Assembly (NCBI GenBank): GCA_021770655.1
Contig: JAETQO010000018.1
Coordinates: 1,305-65,304 of the forward strand
DNA length: 64,000 nt
Direction of reading: 5' to 3'
Source of the DNA: Ruminococcus sp.
GTDB lineage: Bacteria; Bacillota; Clostridia; Oscillospirales; Ruminococcaceae
Part shown: piece after piece, positions 56,046 to 64,000 of the stretch
Position numbering within the stretch: position 1 is the first letter of the stretch
Layout: the number at the start of each line of letters is the position of its first letter
Translations under genes and position numbers: made by a program
The notes under the pieces: model-generated
Databases searched by the model: none
What the model was told of the DNA's origin: nothing
What the model saw: the letters and a program-made list of their open reading frames with translations, nothing else

Positions 56046-57917
56046 ATGCTTGAAAGCGAAGCGAATATTTCAAACAAAGAACTGCGACGCGCAAAAATCA
56101 GAGAACGATATAAAGGGTCAAACACAGAATTACTTGAAGTAATCCCCGGGAAGAAAGCTGCTGATTTTTACGATGATATTGCTCGACGTGTTGCGGTATA
56201 TGTAAGAGTTTCAACCGATAATTTACAACAAACCAGTTCTTATGAGCTTCAGAAAAACTATTATGAAGAAAAAGTAAGCAGAAATCCCAACTGGGCTTTA
56301 GTTGATATATACGCTGATGAAGGAATATCGGGTACTTCTTTGCAGCATCGTGATGCTTTTAATAGAATGATTGAGGACTGCAAAGCAGGAAAAATAGACA
56401 TGATAATAACCAAAAGCGTATCACGTTTTGCGAGAAATATTGTTGACTGTATAAGTATTGTTCGTCAGCTTTCCGCACTTAAAAATCCTGTCGGAGTAAG
56501 ATTTGAAACCGAGGGTATTTTCACATTGAATGACAATACAGAAATGAATCTCAGTTTTACGGCGACTATGGCACAAGAGGAGTCCCATATTAAAAGTTCA
56601 ATTATGAACGCTTCTATTGAAATGCGTTTTGGACGAGGAATTGTTTTGACACCGGTTCTTCTCGGCTATGACCACGATGAAGATGGAAAACTTACAATCA
56701 ACGAAAAAGAAGCTAAGACAGTTCGGCTCATATTCTTTATGTACCTGTACGGTTATTCCTGTAAGGAAATAGCAGACTTGTTGACTAAACTTGGCAGACA
56801 GACCAAGAAGGGGAATACAAAATGGAGTTCGGGAAGCGTTTTGGAGATACTCAGAAACGAGCGACATTGCGGAGAAATTCTTACCCGAAAAACATATACA
56901 CCAAGCTATTTAGACCATAAATCAAGAAAAAATCGTGGTGAGCGTTCACAGCACCGCTGGAAAGGTGAACATGAAGCCATAATTTCCAAAGACGATTTTA
57001 TTGCTGTACAGCACCTTATAAATAACGCAAAATACGGAAACAAAGGTATTCTGCCGGAACTGAAAATTATTCCCGAAGGCGCATTGAAAGGCTTTATATC
57101 CATAAATACGAGATGGGCTGGCTTTAAGGCTGATGATTATATCTACATTGCCAAGACTGTTTGTGATGGAGAGGATGCGGAAAACGACATTATAAAGATA
57201 GAAGTGCAGAGTGGAGATTTTGATTACAGAGGTTTTGAGATAGCAAGAGAGCAGTTTTTTAATAATTCCGATAGGCTGTCAATTACTTTTTCGCTGAAAT
57301 CAATGAAGTTCAGTTACAACTGCATCAAAAAGCTTTCGGATACTCAGTACATAGAATTACTTATTCACCCATTGAAAAAACTGTTGATAGTTAGAACTGC
57401 CGACAGCAAAAACAAGAACGCTATAAAATGGCTGTCATTGACCGCATATGGAGGATATATTTCACGTTCCGTATGTGGTACTGCATATCTCAAAACAATA
57501 TATGCGTTACTTGGTTGGGACGAAAATTGTAAATATCGAGTCCGAGGTATCCGAAAGCAAAATGATGATGAAAGTCTACTTATTTTCAGCCTTGAAGAAA
57601 CTGAGCTTTATTTATCAAAGGACAGAAAAGGAATTGCCGATGAGGGTGAAGCAGAAATAACATCTCTTGCCAAAACAGGGAAGTCCGTTATTGCATATCC
57701 TTCTGCTTGGGCAGATAATTTTGGCAGTAACTTTTACCATCACTCTCAGGCTGCGGAATTACAACGTATGAAAAAAGCAGCAGATTGGAGTTTAAGGCAA
57801 GAAGTAACCAGTTATCCAGATTATCTTGAACTTAACATTACCAGCCGTGATGAGGCAGCAAACAACATACGAACAATAATCAACGATATGAAAATGGAGG
57901 AAAATAATGATGGATAA
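56046..57917 (+). CDS. Large serine recombinase with a non-canonical C-terminal region (no zinc-ribbon Cys pairs)
   Basis: Resolvase catalytic domain VAVYVRVSTDNLQQTSSYELQ...ITKSVSRFARN. Recombinase domain (GYDHDEDGKLTINEKEAKTVRLIF...WSSGSVLEILRNERHCGE). An alternative GTG start lies at 56037. Confidence 0.85.
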   Translation: MLESEANISNKELRRAKIRERYKGSNTELLEVIPGKKAADFYDDIARRVAVYVRVSTDNLQQTSSYELQKNYYEEKVSRNPNWALVDIYADEGISGTSLQHRDAFNRMIEDCKAGKIDMIITKSVSRFARNIVDCISIVRQLSALKNPVGVRFETEGIFTLNDNTEMNLSFTATMAQEESHIKSSIMNASIEMRFGRGIVLTPVLLGYDHDEDGKLTINEKEAKTVRLIFFMYLYGYSCKEIADLLTKLGRQTKKGNTKWSSGSVLEILRNERHCGEILTRKTYTPSYLDHKSRKNRGERSQHRWKGEHEAIISKDDFIAVQHLINNAKYGNKGILPELKIIPEGALKGFISINTRWAGFKADDYIYIAKTVCDGEDAENDIIKIEVQSGDFDYRGFEIAREQFFNNSDRLSITFSLKSMKFSYNCIKKLSDTQYIELLIHPLKKLLIVRTADSKNKNAIKWLSLTAYGGYISRSVCGTAYLKTIYALLGWDENCKYRVRGIRKQNDDESLLIFSLEETELYLSKDRKGIADEGEAEITSLAKTGKSVIAYPSAWADNFGSNFYHHSQAAELQRMKKAADWSLRQEVTSYPDYLELNITSRDEAANNIRTIINDMKMEENNDG

Positions 57918-58605
57918 TTCTCGTTTTGCCACTTTACCAGCTATTCCACAGCTTCCCAATTATAATCCTGCTGTTGACAAAACTGATATTATTGAAGATA
58001 ACACTTTTAGCTATGACGGTTATCAAGTAGTGCGCAGTGAATTTTTTGCACATATTTCCGAGCCGTCTATCAGCTTTAATAATTGCAAGGTTACATTGAA
58101 TACGGCTTGCCTGAAAAAACTACCCGATGTTAGCTATATTCAATTCCTTGTTAACCCCGATACGAGAAAATTAGTAGTTCGTGCCTGTTCAGAAGATGAA
58201 AAAGACTCATTCTTATGGTGCAATGCCAAAAGGAAGCCAAGACAGATTACTTGTAGAATTTTCTTTGCGAAAATTGTCAATCTTATGCATTGGAATCCGC
58301 AGTACCGTTATAAAATGCTTGGCAAGATTATTAAAACAGGAACAGATTACCTGATAATTTTCGACCTCAATGCGACCGAAGTATATCAGCGCATAGTGAA
58401 AGAAGGAGAGAAACCCAAAGTATCACGTTCTCCGGTTTTCCCAAAGGATTGGCAAAACCAGTTCGGATTGCCTGTTGAAGAACATAAAAGGCTCTTGCAA
58501 ATCAACGTTTTTGAGGGCTATACGATGTTTGGTATAAAAAACGAGAAAAACAAAACAGAACAACTTAATACTTTTGAGGAGAATAAGGCAGAGGAGGCTT
58601 TATGA
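57907..58605 (+). CDS. Hypothetical protein, paralogue of the recombinase C-terminal third
   Basis: Residues about 35-205 align with recombinase residues about 395-575. Examples: FSYDGYQVVRSEFF vs FDYRGFEIAREQFF, YIQFLVNPDTRKLVVRAC vs YIELLIHPLKKLLIVRTA, YRYKMLGKII vs KYRVRGIRK. Overlaps the recombinase stop by 11 nt. Confidence 0.6.
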   Translation: MMDNSRFATLPAIPQLPNYNPAVDKTDIIEDNTFSYDGYQVVRSEFFAHISEPSISFNNCKVTLNTACLKKLPDVSYIQFLVNPDTRKLVVRACSEDEKDSFLWCNAKRKPRQITCRIFFAKIVNLMHWNPQYRYKMLGKIIKTGTDYLIIFDLNATEVYQRIVKEGEKPKVSRSPVFPKDWQNQFGLPVEEHKRLLQINVFEGYTMFGIKNEKNKTEQLNTFEENKAEEAL

Positions 58606-58606
58606 T

Positions 58607-58981
58607 ATGCAGGATAATATATCAGACAAACCCGTTGCAGTTATTGATTTTGCTAATAATCTGATACGAATACATAAAAAGACCATTCTTTCAATCGGCT
58701 CTCCCGAATATATCCTGCTGCTTATAAATCCTGAAAAGCTTACACTTGGTATAGTTGGATGTATCAAAGATGTTAGAGGATCACATTGTATTCGTTCCAG
58801 AAAAACACATTGTTATGAGCTTTACAGCAAATCTCTTGTAAGCACGATGAAAAAGACATTCCCTTATTGGGACAGCGAGAAAGGCTATCGGATGACAGGA
58901 GATTATATTTACAAGGAAGGGATTGCTCGTTTTAATTTATCTGAGTCCGTTCCGTTAAAAATTGATGAGGCAGATATATGA
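58607..58981 (+). CDS. Hypothetical protein, third shorter copy of the same domain
   Basis: The ATG at 58607 lies after GAGGAGG. NLIRIHKKTILSIGSPEYILLLINPEKLTLGIV...GYRMTGDYI follows the same pattern. Confidence 0.55.
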   Translation: MQDNISDKPVAVIDFANNLIRIHKKTILSIGSPEYILLLINPEKLTLGIVGCIKDVRGSHCIRSRKTHCYELYSKSLVSTMKKTFPYWDSEKGYRMTGDYIYKEGIARFNLSESVPLKIDEADI

Positions 58982-59937
58982 TTATGGAGCATAAATTTCC
59001 TAAATTACAGTGTAATTCCGAGTATAAACGTCTGTATCAATCTATGTCAGAGCAAGACTATAAGGCGCTTGAACAGAAAATTCTTACTCAAAATGATACA
59101 GTTACAATAAAAACATGGAATAGCATTGTTCTTTATGATTATGAAAAATATGAAATATGTCAGAAGCACCGAATACCATACATTATTTCACGAATATATC
59201 CTCGTAACAGTGAAGAAGCATTGTTGTGGCTGTGTAAAAATCAACTGGAACGGCTAGATTTGACGTTTGAAATGAAACGCTATTTAATAGGAAAACGCTT
59301 TTTATATGAAAGAATCCTTGGTGCTCACGATGTTGCTTTACGACGTGCGTCGAGCAGTGTTAGAGGTAGACCTAAAAATACGGAGTCAAAATATGACGAT
59401 TGCGCCATAAAGGTACAGGAACGCTTAGGAAAGGAATACAATCTTTCTCCTGCAACAATATGGAAATACAAGACGTTTGCAGAAGCAATTGATGTTATTT
59501 ATGATATTACAGAAGGCTTTTGCCATAAAATTCTATCAAATAATCTTAAATTGTCACAAGAAAATGTAATTGCTATATCACAACTGTCAGAAAAGGAAAT
59601 ACGTGATATGGCTGATTATATTTTGAATAAAAGGGTTGATTTTGCTTCATTTGCAAATTCACGAAGACTTATGTCAAAAGCAACAGCGGATAAGATAGAG
59701 GAAAATACGGTGGTAAAACGCACAACTATCAAGGATATGCCTAAATATGACCCCGATGCGGAAGCTGCAAGTCTTACACTCACAATCCCCTCGTGGATAA
59801 GTTTTATGAAGCGAGTATGTACCGCCTGTGATATGGGTAATGTCAGTCAAACCGCTAAAAACAGACTTTTCAATGAGCTTTACAGACTTGTTAATACCGT
59901 ATTTGATATGCTTGATATTTTGAAGGAGGAAAAATAG
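58978..59937 (+). CDS. Hypothetical protein with a degenerate ParB/Srx-like N-terminus and HTH-like middle region
   Basis: TIKTWNSIVLYDYEKYEICQKHRIPY resembles the ParB N-domain core but lacks the GxxR arginine motif. The central segment SPATIWKYKTFAEAI is HTH-like. Confidence 0.4.
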   Translation: MIMEHKFPKLQCNSEYKRLYQSMSEQDYKALEQKILTQNDTVTIKTWNSIVLYDYEKYEICQKHRIPYIISRIYPRNSEEALLWLCKNQLERLDLTFEMKRYLIGKRFLYERILGAHDVALRRASSSVRGRPKNTESKYDDCAIKVQERLGKEYNLSPATIWKYKTFAEAIDVIYDITEGFCHKILSNNLKLSQENVIAISQLSEKEIRDMADYILNKRVDFASFANSRRLMSKATADKIEENTVVKRTTIKDMPKYDPDAEAASLTLTIPSWISFMKRVCTACDMGNVSQTAKNRLFNELYRLVNTVFDMLDILKEEK

Positions 59938-60815
59938 TGGAAGATGTAGAATACAGTAAATTTGTCCCCAATGTTCACTTTGAGCAGATACCTATTAAAA
60001 ACCTTGTTTCCAATCAAGAGTACCAGCGTAATCTTTCTCAGAGTCATATTGAACGTGCTGCAAAGAATTTTGACCTTTATCAGATAAATCCCGTGAAAGT
60101 CAGTAGGCGTGATGGTATCAACTATGTATTTAATGGACAGCATACCATTGAAATTGTTGCAATGGTATCGGAGTCGAGAGATACGCCTGTGTGGTGTATG
60201 GTTTATGACGATATGGACTATAATATTGAAGCTGATGTTTTTGCTAATCAGCAGAAATATGTAAAAGCACTTGTACCTTATGAAATATATAAAGCAAACC
60301 TTGAAGCGGGAAATGATAAGCAGATAATGATAAAATCGTTGGTTGAGTCCTACGGTTTAAGTATTGGGCCTTCTAAATCGCAAGGTGTTATATGCGCTGT
60401 TTCTTCATTGGAGTACATTTTTGATACTTGGGGATTTCACGTTCTTGACAGGGCGCTTCGTTTGTGCATAGGAACGTGGGAAGGAGAAGCAAATTCCCTT
60501 ACTTCCAATATGCTTAAAGGAATTGCACGTCTTATTGTTGCATTTGATGAAAAGATGCGTGATGATATATTTAAGGAAAAAGTCGGCGCATTCTCAGCAA
60601 AAGAAATTATACGCACAGCCAAAGAACGTCGTGCAGGAGCAATTGGATATGCTGAAGCTATGCTTCTTGTCTATAACAAAAAAATGAAATATCCACTTCG
60701 ATGGAGTAATCTTTACAGTAATCAGAAAATCAAAAAAGCCATAGCGGCTATTGAAACGGACGTTATGGGAACTGAGGAAGAAGATGAAGATAATCCTTCT
60801 TTCTTTGATGAATAA
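59937..60815 (+). CDS. ParB-like / DGQHR-type (DndB-like) domain protein
   Basis: The GTG lies 7 nt after AAGGAGG. IPIKNLVSNQEYQRNLSQSHIERAAKNF, then INYVFNGQHTIEIV (an NGQHT variant of DGQHR). Confidence 0.55.
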   Translation: MEDVEYSKFVPNVHFEQIPIKNLVSNQEYQRNLSQSHIERAAKNFDLYQINPVKVSRRDGINYVFNGQHTIEIVAMVSESRDTPVWCMVYDDMDYNIEADVFANQQKYVKALVPYEIYKANLEAGNDKQIMIKSLVESYGLSIGPSKSQGVICAVSSLEYIFDTWGFHVLDRALRLCIGTWEGEANSLTSNMLKGIARLIVAFDEKMRDDIFKEKVGAFSAKEIIRTAKERRAGAIGYAEAMLLVYNKKMKYPLRWSNLYSNQKIKKAIAAIETDVMGTEEEDEDNPSFFDE

Positions 60816-61146
60816 TTGTCATAACTCCAGTTAAGTAATTATCAGAACTAGTATTCTTTTTAACTATATCGTTAATATACATTAAATGGATTGGCGCTTC
60901 TGCATCGTTATTAATAAAAGCCTTATACTATGTATGAGCGATTTAGCTATTGCATAGTTGAGGTGAACGGTATGATTGATAAATGAATATGACAAGATTT
61001 ATGCTGGCATTGGTCGCTGTATTACAACGGTACGTTTTATGATCCCGAGCACGGTATTATGAATGACTTCCCAAAATCAAACAGACGTTATTACTGGAGA
61101 TTATCTTCAATTTAAAAGCGAGTATTGAGTGTCCGCAGGAATGATT

Positions 61147-61824
61147 TTATTCGTGGGCATTACCGTTTATCAATCTGAATTGCGATCTTTTGGATTCAAT
61201 TATTCCCTCCTCTCTCAGCTTGCTTATCTCCGCAGACATTGCACTGCGGTCTACCTCAAGGAAATCGGCAAGAGATTGTCGGTCGTATGGTATTGTAAAA
61301 CAGTCGCTCCCGTTAAGCTTTGCCTGCGACATCAGAAATGCCATGATTTTTTCACGTGTGGTACGCTTGGATATGATCTCTATTTTTTCATTTAGCTTTA
61401 AATTTTTTTCCGTCACAAGCCGCAGCAAGTTGCTTGTTAGCTTTGTATAAAATGAGCTTCGGTCAGAACTTTTATTCAGAATATCTTTCAGTCCGATTAG
61501 CATTATTCTGCTGTCAGTTACGGAAATAACGCTTACAGGCATAGTTTCTGTTTGTGAAAATACAAATACCTCCGCAAAAATCTGAGGCGAATTTATCATA
61601 GCAATAATACTGCGGTTACCATAGTAATCGTTTCTGACGATCTGAATTGTGCCGGAAAGAACGATACCGATATGATCCGTATCACTGCCTTCTGCAATTA
61701 CCGTATGGTTTTTTGAAAAGTCCTGAATTTTCGTGTGCGGACTTTTCAGGATCGCATTTAATTCTTCATCGTCCATTTTATCAAATAAAGGGCACTTTTT
61801 CATAAGTTCAAAATCTTTTTTCAT
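61147..61824 (-). CDS. Crp/Fnr-family transcriptional regulator
   Basis: 225 aa. cNMP-binding-type barrel plus C-terminal HTH (RQSLADFLEVDRSAMSAEISKLREEGII). Confidence 0.85.
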   Translation of the reverse strand: MKKDFELMKKCPLFDKMDDEELNAILKSPHTKIQDFSKNHTVIAEGSDTDHIGIVLSGTIQIVRNDYYGNRSIIAMINSPQIFAEVFVFSQTETMPVSVISVTDSRIMLIGLKDILNKSSDRSSFYTKLTSNLLRLVTEKNLKLNEKIEIISKRTTREKIMAFLMSQAKLNGSDCFTIPYDRQSLADFLEVDRSAMSAEISKLREEGIIESKRSQFRLINGNAHE

Positions 61825-61837
61825 TTTATCCTGCCTT

Positions 61838-61853
61838 TGTTGGATTTACAACA
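61838..61853. promoter_or_regulatory. Palindrome TGTTG-N6-CAACA in the Crp/Fnr-ferredoxin divergent intergenic region
   Basis: Read directly from the sequence. The spacing suits a Crp/Fnr dimer, but the half-site identity is unverified. Confidence 0.3.
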
Positions 61854-61932
61854 TACTTATTTTTATTATTATACTATAATTTAATCACAGGATCAATAAA
61901 AAATTCTGATAAAAATTTACGGAGGTAAAAAA

Positions 61933-62634
61933 ATGATAAGAAAGATCATAAAAATAGACGAAGAAAAATGCAACGGCTGCGGAGCGTGTGCAGCCGCCTG
62001 TCATGAGGGAGCAATAGGAATGGTTGACGGAAAAGCAAAGCTTATGCGTGAAGATTACTGCGACGGTCTGGGAGATTGCCTGCCTGCTTGTCCTACAAAT
62101 GCTATTTCTTATGAAGACCGTGAAGCTCCCGCATATGACGAGGAGGCTGTACGAAAAGCAAAACGAAAAAGGCAAGCAGGTAACCTGCCTTGCGGCTGTC
62201 CGGGAACGCATTCCAAAAGCATAAAGAGAGACGGCAAGGCGAATATGAAATTGGCTGAACCTATTTCAAGTCAGCTTTCACAATGGCCTGTGCAGATAAA
62301 GCTTGTTCCAACAAATGCACAGTATTTTGATGGAGCGAACCTGCTTATTGCCGCAGACTGCACGGCTTACGCTTATGGTAATTTCCATGACGAATTTATC
62401 CGTAACAGAATAACTCTTATCGGCTGTCCGAAGCTCGACGAGGGCGATTATGCAGATAAGCTTACTAAGATCGTTAAGAATAACGACATTAAAAGCGTTA
62501 CGATTGTGCGTATGGAAGTCCCGTGCTGCGGAGGTATTGAAAATTCTGCCAAGAAAGCTTTGCAGGCAAGCGGCAAATTTATTCTGTGGCAGGTAGTGAC
62601 GATTGCAACAGATGGAAGAATAATTAATAAATAA
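61933..62634 (+). CDS. 4Fe-4S dicluster ferredoxin-domain protein (FrdX-like)
   Basis: CNGCGACAAAC and CDGLGDCLPACP cluster motifs. The C-terminal ~130 aa carries CPKL...VPCCGG. Confidence 0.8.
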   Translation: MIRKIIKIDEEKCNGCGACAAACHEGAIGMVDGKAKLMREDYCDGLGDCLPACPTNAISYEDREAPAYDEEAVRKAKRKRQAGNLPCGCPGTHSKSIKRDGKANMKLAEPISSQLSQWPVQIKLVPTNAQYFDGANLLIAADCTAYAYGNFHDEFIRNRITLIGCPKLDEGDYADKLTKIVKNNDIKSVTIVRMEVPCCGGIENSAKKALQASGKFILWQVVTIATDGRIINK

Positions 62635-62657
62635 GTTAAATTTAATATCCGATATAA

Positions 62658-62693
62658 AGTTCCGGAGAGTATATACTTTTTCGGAACTTTTTG
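62658..62693 (+). terminator. Terminator after the ferredoxin gene
   Basis: Stem AGTTCCG/CGGAACT followed by TTTTT. Confidence 0.55.
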
Positions 62694-63577
62694 TGCGAAA
62701 GGAATGTTCAAAATGCCTGTCTCGATAATGAATTTGCTCAGGCAGTTCAAAGCAGAATAAGACGAAGAAGCAAACTATTATAAATGCTATTGCTGTTCCA
62801 ACAAAACTGAAAAAATATTTACATCCAATGTAGTAATTATTGTGTATGATAAAACTGTCAGAAAGCATATTGATACTATTCTAAGATTCTATTGGTTTCT
62901 CTGCTTTGTGAGATATCAACAAAATCGGCATTAAAACTTTGTGAAAGTTTTTTCATAACAAATTGGCAAGTTAAGAGCGAAATCTGCTCAAGGACTGCCG
63001 ATTTGTTTGACAATGTTCAATTGTTGAGGGTTCGAGTTCATTTTCAATTGAAAAGCATCTTGTGTTATACCATTAACGAAGAAATATGAAACAAACCGAA
63101 TAGGAAATAAAACAGCCAATGAGTAGTTTAATTAAGACTCATTGGTCGTTTTAATATTGACTTGTAATAATAGATTGCCATGTGGTTATTGACACCTGAG
63201 GGTGAGGCAACGACAGTGAAATTAATTTGTTTCTACATAGGTAACCGGATTGGGATTTCTCTTTTCGAGCTTAAAAGCGGGTGATTTTTTATTTCTTATA
63301 TGCAAATTTAAGTCTTGCTCCGGGGCAAGGCTTGGGTTTCTGCGGTTTATTTTGTTTGTTGTTAGTCGGCATATGATAATTTTATGGTTTTTGGTATGAA
63401 TTAAGGGGTTGTTGCTTGTGTGCAACAGCCCCAATTATTGTAATCCGAAAACGGCGATATTACGCTGTTTCCGAGAACTTAACTTGTGTTGTCTGCATAA
63501 AATAGATATTCGTATTTTGGCTCATACTAGTGTGCGTTGGATTCGTATATTACCTTGTTGCATTCTTTTTTTCGCAG

Positions 63578-63754
63578 TCAACATAATCCTTGCCACGCCA
63601 CGGAACTCAAGCTCAAATACCTTCTCATGTCTTGATAGGCTTTCTGTGCGAATCTGTCTATTTCACACCATCCGACGCATTCAAAGCCTCCGACTTTCTC
63701 AAAAGCGGAGCGGAATGCGCCGATTCCTGCAAACGCTTCAAAATATCTTATCAT
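63578..63754 (-). pseudogene. Truncated DNA (cytosine-5) methyltransferase, N-terminal 58 codons only
   Basis: Hand translation gives MIRYFEAFAGIGAFRSAFEKVGGFECVGWCEIDRFAQKAYQDMRRYLSLSSVAWQGLC-stop. Motif I (FxGxG) and the EID block are present; everything after is missing. Confidence 0.6.
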
Positions 63755-63787
63755 TTATCACCGATCCTTTCTTTTTTGCAATAAAAA

Positions 63788-63821
63788 AACGGCTAAGTCT
63801 TTTTTTCAAAACTTAACCGTT
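63788..63821. terminator. Hairpin between the convergent Dcm remnant region and the partial end ORF
   Basis: AACGGCTAAGT...ACTTAACCGTT stem (one G-U pair) with a T-rich loop/flank. Confidence 0.4.
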
Positions 63822-64000
63822 ACATTGACATATTCATTTCTTCGGATTCTTCAATATCCTCCGTTTCTGTAATTTCCTCTGTTTGCTCATCAGTCTGAGT
63901 CTGTTCCGGATCAATTTTATCGAACTGATCTACATCAGGAATAACGCCAAGCGTTCTTCTGTTGTCAAATTTGCAATGGAGAGTACCTGCATCGTCCACG
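63820..64000 (-). CDS. 3' end of an unidentified minus-strand gene running off the window (acidic C-terminal tail)
   Basis: The open frame to the window edge reads ...VDDAGTLHCKFDNRRTLGVIPDVDQFDKIDPEQTQTDEQTEEITETEDIEESEEMNMSM-stop. Confidence 0.35.
   Translation of the reverse strand, partial: VDDAGTLHCKFDNRRTLGVIPDVDQFDKIDPEQTQTDEQTEEITETEDIEESEEMNMSM

Larger units (their letters stand above)
55489..60815 (+). mobile_element. Compact serine-recombinase island (XRE regulator divergent from a 5-gene recombinase operon); boundaries approximate
   Basis: Visibly more AT-rich than the flanking esterase gene. Carries a large serine recombinase, an XRE repressor-like gene and ParB-like genes. No att sites identified. 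Confidence 0.5.

Noticed and set aside
60816-61146. Short frame reading ...WSLYYNGTFYDPEHGIMNDFPKSNRRYYWRLSSI-stop to the right of the recombinase island.
   Set aside because: It looks protein-like but spans only about 40 codons, with stops immediately upstream and no start. It cannot be assigned and is treated as part of the decayed flank.
62278-62868. 196-aa minus-strand ORF with an N-terminal hydrophobic segment.
   Set aside because: About 350 nt of it run antisense through the 4Fe-4S ferredoxin gene. Only the first ~75 codons lie in intergenic DNA. Probably a remnant or chance frame.
63222-63816. ORFs 63222-63434 (minus), 63409-63816 (plus) and 63590-63784 (plus).
   Set aside because: The plus-strand frames run antisense to the recognisable Dcm N-terminal fragment. 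None has an SD or motifs, and the translations are low-complexity.

Overview
A Firmicutes/Clostridia-type chromosome segment; the taxon is inferred from ribosomal protein sequences and gene order, and no search was run. The backbone is the ribosomal superoperon. It starts with nusG(partial)-rplK-rplA at 1-1756 and resumes as an uninterrupted S10-spc-alpha block at 9868-25693 (rpsJ through rplQ, including secY, adk, map, infA, rpmJ and rpoA). A carbohydrate module interrupts the two parts: a GH36 alpha-galactosidase, a GH74-like lipoprotein and an ECF sigma factor fused to a transmembrane/extracellular domain. Downstream of rplQ lie a tandem hairpin array, an orphan phage-type lysis cassette (minus strand), glgX and an HTH-desulfoferrodoxin fusion. 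A very AT-rich island of about 19 kb follows (about 30.8-50.4 kb). It carries an 18-gene single-strand Wzx/Wzy polysaccharide operon. That operon combines a Fom1/Fom2/FomC-like phosphonate module, two LicD transferases, a dTDP-2,6-dideoxyhexose branch and UDP-galactopyranose mutase. The right-hand part holds a lone fruK, a 501-aa repeat protein, decayed gene fragments and an esterase. It also holds a compact AT-rich serine-recombinase island (about 55.5-60.8 kb) whose recombinase C-terminal domain recurs in two downstream small ORFs and is followed by two ParB-like proteins. The window ends with a Crp/Fnr-ferredoxin pair and a truncated C5-methyltransferase remnant. I saw no rRNA or tRNA genes and no CRISPR array. 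All calls come from reading the sequence and ORF translations; no database search or folding program was run.
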